Below are positions 51,710 to 64,000 of a DNA stretch of 64,000 bases, in pieces. A program made the translations under genes and the position numbers. The stretch covers positions 43,648,001-43,712,000 of the forward strand of contig OX597825.1 of NCBI GenBank assembly GCA_951406725.2, read 5' to 3'. Under the pieces are notes generated by a model. That model worked only from the letters and a program-made list of their open reading frames with translations. It made no database searches and was not told the DNA's origin. The stretch's first letter is position 1, and every line of letters begins with the position of its first letter. This DNA is from Octopus vulgaris. Lineage: Eukaryota.

Positions 51710-52165
51710 TCGTGGAGGTAGAGTCCGAAAAAATACGTAGATCCAGATATATGTCTTATATGATGAGGAAAGGTCAATTTGTCAGAAAAGGCAAAAAAGA
51801 TCATTACATCAGGTCTAAAAGGTTCTTAAACAAACTAAAAGAATCCAGCAGAAGAAGATTTGATTTGGTTTTTCTCAAACGAGGAAAGCATCTACCAAGA
51901 TCAAACAGTTAACAGAAGAAATGAGAGATGGTTATGTGCAGATCCTTCTGAAGTTTAAAATTACAAAATTGTTTGCAACTGTTATGGCTTTAGGGGTTGT
52001 CAGCAATGAAGAACATGTGATACCTCTTTACGTCTTTCCACAAGGCCCTAGAGTTAATTCTGCTGCCTACATTGAGGTTTTGGAAACAACTGTTAAACCC
52101 TGGATAGACAGTGTATACAATGAAAAGCCATATGTGTTTCAGTATGACTCTGCACTAACATACCA
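51710..52165 (+). pseudogene. Tc1/mariner-superfamily (maT/DD37D-like) transposase relic
   Basis: VMALGVVSNE..VNSAAYIEVLETTVKPWI..YVFQYDSA. Confidence 0.7.
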
Positions 52166-52342
52166 GTTGTTGAAGCTGAAGGTGGGTTTATTGAATACCA
52201 TTATAGAAAAGAAGGTTTATTTTTATCCTCATAGCATTTTTTAATAAATAAAGTAATTATCTGTTATTTTATATGTCTTTTTTTATGAGCATAAATCTGT
52301 CCTCAAATATCTTACACACACACACAAACTCACACGCACACA

Positions 52343-52420
<78 letters not shown>

Positions 52421-53467
52421 GATCTTTCAAAGACTACCACTGAATTTCTTTCCCTCTTCGTCTCTCCACTACTGTTAAAAGTAAAGAAAATAGAAAATAT
52501 CGATCGAATTGTGTATAATGTTAATGGCAATTTTAAATGACTCTGAGGCTTTCGTCGCCTTTCCTATATCTCTTCACTCCTTTTCTCCACTGTTAAGAGA
52601 GTAAGAGAAAAAAAAGGAGAAAAGAAAATCGATTGTATGTATAATTCCTAAATGTTTCATGATCCCAAGTTGTATTTCATCGGAAAGTTCCAATAAGGAC
52701 GAAATAGTTATCTGCAACTACTAGGGCATCCAAAACAGGAAAAAATAATGTATTGAGTGGAAATATTCTTTTGTATGTTCTCTCACTCATAACAAAAAGA
52801 TATCACATAATAATAAAGCAATAAAAAACCTGAACGAAATTTCTCCCCCCCCCCCCCCCTTCTATTTCTTATCAAACTCTTTTTCCCTCCGCCTATTATT
52901 CTGAATGCAACCGTGGGTCGCATCACCAAGAATTGAAATCGCGAGAATTGAAGCCAAAATCTTACAGTCATGAGTGCAACACACTAACCACTAAACCACA
53001 CGTCTCAACACATACGCACACACACACACACACTCAAACACACACACATAAACAAACACACACAAACACACGCACGCACACACACACACACATTTATATA
53101 CACATAACACTTGACCACCGGTATTAGTTTATTTGCGTTCCCGTAAGCTAGTGACACTAAAACTGCCGGCTTTGAACCAAATTTTGAAACATTTATTTAT
53201 TCTTTTATTTATTTACTTAGTATAGTGAATTCGGACCTTGGCTCGGTCGGAGTCAAAACAATAATATAAATCTTGGCAAACATGAAACGTCGGCTAATTG
53301 AAGCAATGAATAAAATCCACGAACAATGAAAAGTCAAACTGCACACAGTGGTATGTTTTGGCAATCGATGTATACATAGGGAAAAATCAATTGAAAACTT
53401 ATCTGTGCATTTTCATTGAAAACTATGAAAATTAGCACAACCTTGAAACGCTCAAATCGTACACTGA

Positions 53468-53518
<51 letters not shown>

Positions 53519-53650
53519 GTGTATATTAATTAATTTTAAAGTATTTAATAATTTAAGTATTGTTTTAGTTTCCACTTAATGTATATTTAGCATTATATAT
53601 ATATTAAAGTATATTTATTAATTAATCATTTCATTATTCTAGTTTATTTT

Positions 53651-53754
53651 TAACCTGATGAGTGGCTGTATTCATATCGAAGTGATTTTACTACTACTAT
53701 TATTCTTTTTACTATAATCATTTCTTAAATATAGCCACGAAACACGCGTCGTTA
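53651..53754 (+). ncRNA. Hammerhead ribozyme with very long stem-loop II
   Basis: TAAC-CTGATGA-GTGGCTGTATT..AATATAGCCAC-GAAA-CACGC-GTC-GTTA; canonical GUC triplet; palindromic ACGCGT. Confidence 0.8.
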
Positions 53755-53882
53755 TTCTACCAATTATATACGTTTTTATTATTTTTTTGCAATTTACTTA
53801 ATCATTGGTATTTTATTGCTATTTTAATTTTAATATTTCTATTATATGTAATTTTCTAGATGGTGTAATTTAATTGTTCCTT

Positions 53883-53957
<75 letters not shown>

Positions 53958-54269
53958 CACATATACATATATATACATAATACATATATATGATACATAC
54001 ATAAATATAAATATATGAATAATCCATACATACATAAATATCAATATATATAACACATATACAGAGAGATATATAGATATAATCATATATAATATATATC
54101 AAATATATGTATACGTGTATGTAAATTTATAAATTTATTTGAAACAATAACAATGTTCAGACAAAAATTTTCATATAGCCAGTCAATCAATATCAAACTA
54201 GTTATAGTCAATGCATTATTTTTAAAAAAATAGGTGCTCTTCTGCATTAATTTGATATTGTTTCGTAGT

Positions 54270-54655
54270 TACATATTCATAGTATGCTTTCACTATACAT
54301 CCCGATACAGCTTTGTGTGGTATACGCACTTTTGTTTTGCTTCCCTATTTTTACTATTGTAATGAAAGTATTCTATGTAATATATGCACAGTACTTAGTA
54401 GTGTTATTTTCTGCGTATTGTATATCTGCTTAAGACCTGAGATTTTCGTTATGAATTTGTCTGCGTCTATTTTTTAAGTCCCAGAAAGAACCTATTGAGA
54501 AGATTTCCCATCCCCTAATTTTACAATCCCTATGTTATTTCCTGTATTTATCTTTTACTTCTGCATTATTTTATCGGTTTTATCTATTTCTATGTATTTG
54601 AAAGAGCAGATCTGTCGCAACTCTCTTACCATCTGTGTTTAACATAACAGGAAAT
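54270..54655 (-). mobile_element. Old R4/Dong LINE 3' end
   Basis: Minus strand QKITLLSTVHILHRILSLQ* matches QKIALLGTAHILRRTLSIQ* at 16406; 3' UTR is similar. Confidence 0.7.
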
Positions 54656-54704
<49 letters not shown>

Positions 54705-55980
54705 TAATAGGTTTTAAGTCCGGGTTTCACCTCTGGTAAATAGTGTTAACTTTCTCATCCAAGCTTATATATTTTGTTCGTAGAATTAATCCATTTGATT
54801 CAGAAGAAATTTGAATAACACCAGAACTAATTAGAAATGTAGGGGGAAAACAAGCTTTCCCTCAAAAATGATCTTTTGTGAGATCAGCAATATTAGGATT
54901 TTCTTTTTTCGCGTAGTGTTTATATTGTATTCTATTTTAATATAGTGGACTTTGGGTTAGTTGGATACGTACGGTTATCTAATATCTAGCAGTGAAGATC
55001 ACACCAACTCATCCTACATTGATGGATATTAGAGTAATTAAGTTACGACACTTCTTTTATGTTTCTTCGGTTTTTTGTTTTGTTTTTCGTAACAATTTGC
55101 GATAAGCTCTTTGTTTACCCAATTTCCCGCATCCATAAATTTTTCTAATAACTTTTTCTGCCTCTGTGCAACGTATTATTAATTTCAAGATGAACAATTT
55201 ACTTCATAGTCAAGGGTTTATATATTGCTGGTAAGAGATTATGTCTGTAGTTTATGGGTATTTATTTTCATAGCTGATTTTTACGTTGACTGTTTAATAT
55301 GTTAGTCACAAAGAGAACCCACCGCTTTTCTCTAATCTTCGTTCTCTTCTGGCCTTAAGAAGAAAATCGTATAACTTTGATAGAACCAAGGTAAGACATC
55401 TTTATGGACACAATAAGATTAAATTCTTTTTCGCATACTCTATAAAACTGCAAAAATCTAACAGTAATATATAGTTTACTTAAACATATGAAGGGTCACA
55501 CTCTATTGAGGTAAGGGGAACAAAAAAGTGAAAAAAAAGTAAGTTAGGTCTCATTCTAGTGAGGAATACAGGCACAAGCAAAAAAAACTTTTCGATTGAT
55601 ACCAGAAGTCGTGTAAAATATTGGGCATTACTCTAAATAGTAAAATACAAAGGGATAAAAATGATATAATCTTCGTGAAATATATTCGTTTGATCATAAT
55701 AATCATAAGTTTGAATTCCAATATAAATAAGAGGTAACTTCTCTATTTCTGTCTGTTTCGTCATGACTTCAATTTTTAAATATTATAAATTGAATTGTAT
55801 TCAAGCCAGAAAAAAGATTCTAAAGCAAGAAAATAATGAGCAAAATTTAGACAACTCCTACCTAAGATCATACGTGTATACTTCCAGAGGAAATGAAAAA
55901 TATCCTTCAAATTTGGATTGAATATTTATCCTTAAGATGTTCTATTTCATATAATAAACAAACACAAATATCTAATATAG

Positions 55981-56069
<89 letters not shown>

Positions 56070-56165
56070 AAATTTACAAAAAGTAAAAGACGAAGATGAG
56101 GGAACAACATGGAGAGAGAACAAAAAAACGGAGAGAGAAACAAATGTGTAGGGATTAACGGTTAT

Positions 56166-56309
<144 letters not shown>

Positions 56310-58287
56310 GATGCGTGTGTGTTTGTGTGTGTGTATACATTCAAATACACAGATACTAATAAAAGCAATTAGAATATGAAACAAGTTCAAAGAAGTGGAT
56401 AGCATATAAAGATATAACTCTTATCAAGATTATTTCCAAAAAGATAATTTAATAAAGAAGCTAAAGTTCTCTCCTGATTTCGCTTAAAAACTGCATACAC
56501 TAGATTAGGATGGAGTCACACACGTTCATCGTAGTCCCCAAAACAACGACTTGTAGCATTGTTGTCATCTGTGCTTTTGCCACTCGAATCCATGAAACGG
56601 TTTCAGATTTTTTCGTGTTGTTGAGCGCGCGCCTTAGCTCTAACAGACTTCTAAGGTTCTAACTTGGTCTCCTATTCTAGTTTTCTCGATCGCTATTCTT
56701 TGCTAATTCTTATCAGTTCATTTCCAATTGCCCATTAGGTGTTAATGATTGTCACTCTCAACGCCGACTTAACTAATTTGCTGATCCGATCTGTGTAATC
56801 TTTGTGCGCTAGCAAAAAATTCTTAAGCTACCGTAAACCATTTTGTTCATGTCTACGCTGGCACATTCCGGAATTCAGTATTTATGAGAATGTCAGAAAT
56901 GTCAGCAGCTTTGCGACCATATTGCACATCTCTCTCCTATCGGTTAACACTAAGCAATCCCATCAAGCATGAACGATAACGTTTCAGTCATACACAAGCG
57001 CCAAAAAGCGGATGGTTCCCCTAAAGAACTCAATATGCCAGAAGAAATATGGCCGCCTGACTCTAAAGGTGTGTAGAGGGCTACAAGTCAGAAGATATGC
57101 CGATCCAGTACCAACGAATTACCTCCTAGCAGCGAGAAGATGGTTCGCATTGTGAAATCCAGATCTTACCGAAACAACGTAGCAAATCCGCCTTGGACAT
57201 GCAACAACCTCGTATCTACCGTAGGTGTGAAAGCTCGTGCATAGGAAGCTCTGTTCTCGCTGTTGACCACCACATCGATAACTAACACCTGAGGGCGTTA
57301 AGCCGGTGGCCCTGCTTCCAGCGTGACTCAGTGAGACGTGCATTCACACCTTCTATTGTAATTCTGGCCATTTTTGATAAAAGGGGGAAAGTGAAGAGGT
57401 CACTTTATTCTTGTGGGCGGACATGTGTTCCGTACTTTAGGTTAGTTGTAAGTGATTCCATTAGTCCCTCGAAAATCTCCTGCTTTATCGAAATATTTGA
57501 ATTTTAAAAGATTGTGCATGTTTTCTGTTTATTGGAGGATTTTTATGTACATAAATATGCTATTTGTTGTGGTGTTTGTATGGTTTCAAATTTTGCCACA
57601 AGTCCAGCAAGTTCGGAAAAGGGGTAAGTCAGCTGGTACGTATTTTATTGACCCCGAAACGATGAAGGGCAAAATCAACCTGGGCGGAATTTGAACTTAG
57701 AACGAAAAGACAGACGAAATTCCTCGATGTTTGTTTATTTCCTTTTTTTCAATTCCTTCCATTGGGCATTTTTTGTTGTTGCTACTACTGCTGCTACTGC
57801 TGCTGCTACTACTACTACTGCTGTTAATGGGGCTGTAGCTGTTGCTATTGTTTCTACTTCTGTTACTGCATTTGTTGTTTCTGGTAACGGTGGTGTTGTT
57901 ACTGTTGCGACGACTTTTGTTGATCATTACTGCGACTTAGTGCTGTGTGAAGAGAGTAACACTTTCACCTTCAAAATTACCTCCTACTTTCTCTCTTGCT
58001 AGCTGGATACCAAGAACAATTATATTAGATACAGCTTAAAACTTCTGGTTCGATTTGAAAAATATTTTCTTTCTTTGAAACTTATGCCCCCTTAGGCGAA
58101 CAACAAAGCAGTCAACCAGTCTGTCACAAGTCTGATTTACTTACTAGCAGGATAAAACAATAAAATCAGCAGATGCGACCCTATGCAAAAGATACAGACT
58201 CGAGGAGCTTCCAATACCCGTTTAGCTGAAGTAGAGAACAACACCAACAATAGAAGAAGAAGAAGAAGAAGAAGAAGAAAAAAAAAG

Positions 58288-58382
<95 letters not shown>

Positions 58383-59959
58383 ACCACAAAGGCAATTTCT
58401 TTCATAGGCCACCAGAACTCAAGAGGTAAAGTACACAGACAAATTTGAAGCAGCTACGCGAATCTCCGAATAAATCAAGTGTTTGAATGGTAAAATCACC
58501 GTCTCCCAGTTTCTTACTGTCTATCTATAACCAACTAGCATCACTTGTCGAGCCGCTTTCGCTCCCCTTTCATAAAACAATCTGCAGGCTAATACTTATC
58601 TTTTCATTTCTAGCCTTTTCTTCAGGTCGAACTGGAAGAAGCCAATCAAACCTTTGCTAGAGAAGAAATATCATGTCCTCATCTACTGTTAATCCTACAC
58701 AAAACCAAACCACAATATACAAAATAAACGAAAAGTATCGTGAATAGATATAAAGCATAATATATTATAAATAGTTAAGAAAATTACTATAATAAAGTGG
58801 AAATTGTTCAGAGGAAGAAGCACATCAGCAATTGACCCACCGCCGTGTCTTAGTAATTTCTAAGATGAAGCCTGGAATATGTTCTCAGACGGGACACCTT
58901 AGTTGAATGTTCTCAACATAGTAGACTAAGATAAAAGAAACGAGTCTACCATACCTAATTAATATGACAACTCAGAAATGATAACACAGAAAATGATAAT
59001 CTCGATACACAGAAAAAATTAATTTGCAGTTAAAGCAATACAACCAGATCTTTAAGATTCAAAGAACAAAACAGATATGACTAAAACAAGTCTAATATTT
59101 TATGTTATACATAAGTTAAATTCTTAATTTGGTACAAGAATATTCGTTGTAGGGGGTTGTGTGGTTTGGCGGCTTAAGCAGTTCTTTGTCAAATACTGGC
59201 AGCCATTTTATCGTCCATCGGAAGGCTGTTAGTAGAAATTAGCAATTGCAATTAGCATTAATATTCAGGAACTTCTCCATTCTTTTGTCAGGCAAGGTTG
59301 TTTTCAGAAATGTTTCAAACAGCTAAGAGGATGATAAAATTCAGGATAAGTGTCAATAAGCTACCTTTTCTATTCAAAGGTCTTGAAACAGTTTGATGAA
59401 TACAACAAACTTATAGAATCTCAACTCCAAAAGTTTAGCTCAAGACATAGGTTATAGGGATGAAATTTGGCATTTAAAATGTACCAGTCAAGAGAAAGAT
59501 AATACTGAGCTAGAAAGGAATTGATGAAATATTAACGGAAACTGAAACTCAAGAACCAAGAAGTAGGTGAGAGAATTCAGTAAAAAATATGAAGCTAATT
59601 AAAATATAGTATGTAAAGTTAGCGCTAAATGCAACTAATACATTTCCAAGCCTGTATAGTTATGTGGTTTCAACATCTTAATTTGGGGAAAGGATGAATG
59701 AGATCCTGGCAATATACACATAAAGGAAACTATGTGCAAAGCATAAAATAAAATGAGAAATAGGAGGCAGTTTAGAGCACATAAAATTCAATTACGAAAC
59801 AGAAACAATTGAATTTGACGTATTTCTGAAATCATATAAAGACTGTTGAAAATAGAATGAGCAAACTATGAAGAAAGGATTTACAACTACACAGTAGTAA
59901 CAGAATTTCAGGATAAAAGGAAACAGTAAGATCACAAAAACCAGTAAAGTAGTAAGCAA

Positions 59960-60330
59960 TAATTCCTTCTTGACATCGCTTCGTCTGCACGCTCTTTCGT
60001 GGCTGATAAGGTCGATGTGGGATCGACATATCCGATGGCAGTGATGACAGGAATATGGTTGTTTAGTGTCTGATGATGCAACTACATTACTTTTTCACCT
60101 CTGACCTTTATCTTAAAGAGACGCACTGCGTGAGATCTCAAAGGAGGAAACAACAGCTGTTAGAGTGGACCACTCACGATAATCAATGTCACAAATGCTA
60201 AGGGACTGCTTCGGGCAGTCCTTGTAACGCTTTCTTGGTGACCCCCTGTTGCAGTGGCCAGTAGCGAGCTCACCGTACTTGACGATCCATGATAAGTGGT
60301 GGTCTCTCATCTTGTCAACGTTGACAGGAA
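59960..60330 (-). mobile_element. RTE-clade LINE 3' fragment
   Basis: YGELATG..RGSPRKRYKD..SLS.CDID..WSTL, typical of an RTE C-terminus. Confidence 0.7.
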
Positions 60331-60939
60331 ACAATAATTAAAACCAAAATATATACCACAAAAATGATGTCTGATAAGAAAATAACTATAATACATAAAT
60401 GATACTTGTTGAATGTAGGCAACTTTTTATAATACAATTGGCGATATGGTAAAGCGTACGTGTACAAAAATAACCTTTAATTTGAATATGATCGCTGGAA
60501 AATTCTTATATATCATAAAATGGATATTATAGTAAATTGGTACAGACTTAGTCGGGAGAAAAGGGACAAGACAAATATTGCCCAGCATTTTTCTGGTGCT
60601 CTAACAATTCTGCCAACTCATCTGCTACAAATGATAATCCTTTCTAGTACAGACACAAGGGTTGAAGTTTTGCGTGGCGAGGCTAGTCGATTACACCGAC
60701 TCTACTGCCGGACTGGTGCTTATTTTATCGATTCGGAAAAGATGAAAGGCAAAGTCGACCTAGGCGGAATTTGAATTAAGGACGTGAAGACGGTTGAGTG
60801 TACCGATGTTCATTTTGTCTGCCGTGTTAACGATTCTGCCTTAAATAATGATTTTAAATTTTGGCACAAGGCCAGAAATTTCGGGAGACAGATGAATCGA
60901 TTTGATCGACCCCAGTGTCCAATTAGTACTTATTTTACT

Positions 60940-61397
<458 letters not shown>

Positions 61398-61657
61398 GGT
61401 ACTTAATTTGTCTGGCCCGAAAAGATAAAAGACAAAGTCGAAATCGGCGGAATTTGAACACGGGACGAGAATACGGACAAAGACACTGCTAATCATTTTG
61501 TTCGATTAGCTAATGATTCTGCTCGCTCACTGTTTTAAATAATAATTATTATTTCTATTCAGGCACAAGGCCTTGAAAATTTTGGGGGTGAAGGGGGCTA
61601 GTCGATTTCAGCAACCCTAGTACGTAACTAGTACTTAATTTATCAACCCCGAAAGGA

Positions 61658-61658
<1 letters not shown>

Positions 61659-61688
<30 letters not shown>

Positions 61689-61866
61689 AAGAAGAAGAAG
61701 AAGAAGAAGAAGAAGAAGAAGAAGAAGAAGAAGAAGAAGAAGAAGAAGAAGAAGAAGAAGAAGAAGAAGAAGAAGAAGAAGAAGAAGAAGAAGAAGAAGA
61801 AGAAGAAGAAGAAGAAGAAGAAGAAGAAGAAGAAGAAGAAGAAGAAGAAGAAGAAGAAGAAGAAGA
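61659..61866. repeat. (GAA)n microsatellite, about 200 bp uninterrupted
   Basis: Direct reading; probably the tail of the adjacent minus-strand repeat at 61867-62390. Confidence 0.95.
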
Positions 61867-62389
61867 TGCCCTGATGCAGTACCAGACAGTGGCTCTCATT
61901 ACTTCTGATCTTAACTGATTATAAGTGTTATGTATATTGTTTTGTCTTCGTATAAAAGATGGGTTACAGCAAATGTTCTGTTCAATACCACAGATTTGCT
62001 TGTCAGTTGTTTGACCTTAACCAGTTGACCATGTCCCTTAGTGGCTGATGATATGTGCATCTCTGATCAGGATCAGAAGTAGTGGGGGAGCATCATAGCC
62101 ATGTGTTGAAAGGAATTCTTAGAGGTTTGGATAATTCACCTTTGGAAACATGGGTGGCTCGTTCTAACATCCTTAAACAATCCTTATTCAGGGACCTTTT
62201 GAGCGGGATAGGCTACTCGACCAGAAGAAAATTCTAACTGGGCCCCACCTGCAAGGTCATGCGCTGTTTATCTTGATATGAGATCACCATGTCGCCCACA
62301 TATGGTTGTGATGCATGTGTCTGGTGTACTCTTATCAGACAGGTAGTCATGATGGGTATACTGGGCTTCGTATATTTTACCCCAGTGTC

Positions 62390-63300
62390 ACTTTGATGGC
62401 CCATTCACGCTGGCCATTCTTGTCACATTCCCCCACTGTTCAAGGAACTTACTGAGTGACAGTACCTTCCTCTCCAGCCTCATATTCCTTTTCAGGTGGA
62501 ACCTGAAAAAGTCAATGAGGCCTTGGCCAAAGAGAAAGGTACCCTTCTTCAACTCTTTCAATCGCGTCCACCACACAGCCGCTTTTGCCATAGCCGCCAA
62601 ACAGAGAAAAATTGTCCTCCGTTCGCGGCCAAAGGAAGGAGGCAGTGCGATCTTCACAATGGACTCGGACGATATCCGGGTCCATCCTACACGTGAAAAT
62701 AACTGTTCGCCAAAGCTTCACAAGTCAGCAATGTGCGAACACTGTACGAGAGCATGCAGAACGGTTTCATCGCTCCACATGCACCTCGGACAAGCCCTAC
62801 TGACTGTCATGGACAAGCCCGTTCAGAAATCTTTTGATTGATCAAAACTGAGCAGGGCCCCACTCACCCCTATTTCTTTACCCACTTTCTCTATGATGTA
62901 TCGCATAAGGTGTTGGTGAATAGTTCTGTTCAATATGCTGCTTGTTTGTGCATCACCATTTAGATCAGCGAGGGCGAGTGTAAGCCTTTTTGATAAGAGG
63001 TCAGTCAAAATTTTAAAATCTCAGTTTAGCAAAGAAAATTATGCTAAATTATGCTATGTTATTGCTCTTGTAAGGATTTTTCCTCATCAGTACTACGCTA
63101 TCTCAAGTCACAAAACTGGAAATTCTCCCGTCTTGATACCAGTTGCTGTAGATAACTGCCAAGAAGTTTCCAAACAATTTTGTCATATAAAAGTAAATCT
63201 CGTAGTTTGTATGGACAAACTAAGTCAATTTGCTCACCGTACAGCCTCCCAATGTTTCCATATTTCTGCGGATTTTATCGCTGAGATCGCAGCCGATTGT
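62390..63300 (-). mobile_element. Degraded, internally deleted Tx1/L1-like LINE ORF2
   Basis: LFGNFLAVIYSNW.., LLSFDQSKDF joined to CPRC..DETVLHALVQC and AVWWTRLK..FFRFHLKR. Confidence 0.75.
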
Positions 63301-63524
63301 TAAGGTAAGCACTAATGTCCATCCTGCGCTCTGGCCAGCCATTCGTCCCGAAAAGTCAACCAAAGCCTACAACACATCTGCTAGGGTTTGAGTAAGCCAC
63401 AGAAGAATAAATTGTTTTCTTGTCCTGTTGCACCTCAGCCATCGTGCCTATCGTAAAGTTTTTGTCTCCTCGTGTCTTATAGCACGCACGAAAGCTTTGG
63501 GCCTTTGGGCTTTGCTTTCATCAA

Positions 63525-64000
63525 TTGATCGCCGTGGGCACGTCGGTTACGGTGCGTAAAAGCCAACCATTTTTGCATCGCATTGTTACAGGCGATGAAA
63601 AATGGATTAACAATAACAAGCGTTCTGCACGGTGGCTGGATAGAGACGAAGTGCCAAAACACAATCCAAAAAACAAAATATTCACCAAAAAAGAGCTAAT
63701 TGTGTCTGTTTGGTGGTCCAGCGCTAGTGTCCTCCACTACAGCTTCATGAGACCTGGTAAGTCAATTACAGCAGATGTATATATCATTTGTGATGAAATG
63801 ATGAGCGAACTTGCAATTAAACAACCGAGATTGACCAAGAGAAACAGGCCAGTTCTCTTACAAAACAATGCTTGACCACATGTTCTACAAAAACTCTACT
63901 CTAGTTACAGGAACTGAACTTGGAAGTATTCTGTCATCCACCCTATTCAGCTAACCTTGCACCAACTATCATATTTTCCAGGAATTAGACAGGGGAAAAA
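63525..64000 (+). pseudogene. Mariner transposase DDD-domain relic
   Basis: FLHRIVTGDEKWI, VSVWW, LLQNNA*PH, HPPYSANLAP. Confidence 0.9.

Overview
AT-rich, microsatellite-saturated eukaryotic DNA with no recognisable host gene. The SINE, LINE and microsatellite content resembles a cephalopod (Octopus-like) genome, which is an inference. The window is dominated by Penelope-like elements (PLEs) resembling the Naiad clade. These include a near-identical head-to-tail tandem of an intact 710-aa RT + GIY-YIG ORF (5938-13170) with three hammerhead ribozymes (HHRs) 3430 nt apart, a decayed full-length PLE (about 2400-5500), an RT-deleted PLE (about 27750-29380), a 3' fragment (31167-32328) and a 5'-truncated PLE with inverted pseudo-LTRs (33412-35821). 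I folded 13 type I hammerhead motifs by eye, several with non-canonical cores or very long stem II. Some lie in small non-coding units. The most notable is a tRNA-headed (AAT)n + HHR element with a Penelope-style inverted end (about 60940-61397), and there is also a ~561-nt retrozyme-like unit (about 455-1316). Also present are R4/Dong, Tx1/L1 and RTE LINE fragments, mariner/Tc1 relics, a MITE and many tRNA-derived SINEs. Most short ORFs in the track are microsatellite or antisense artefacts.
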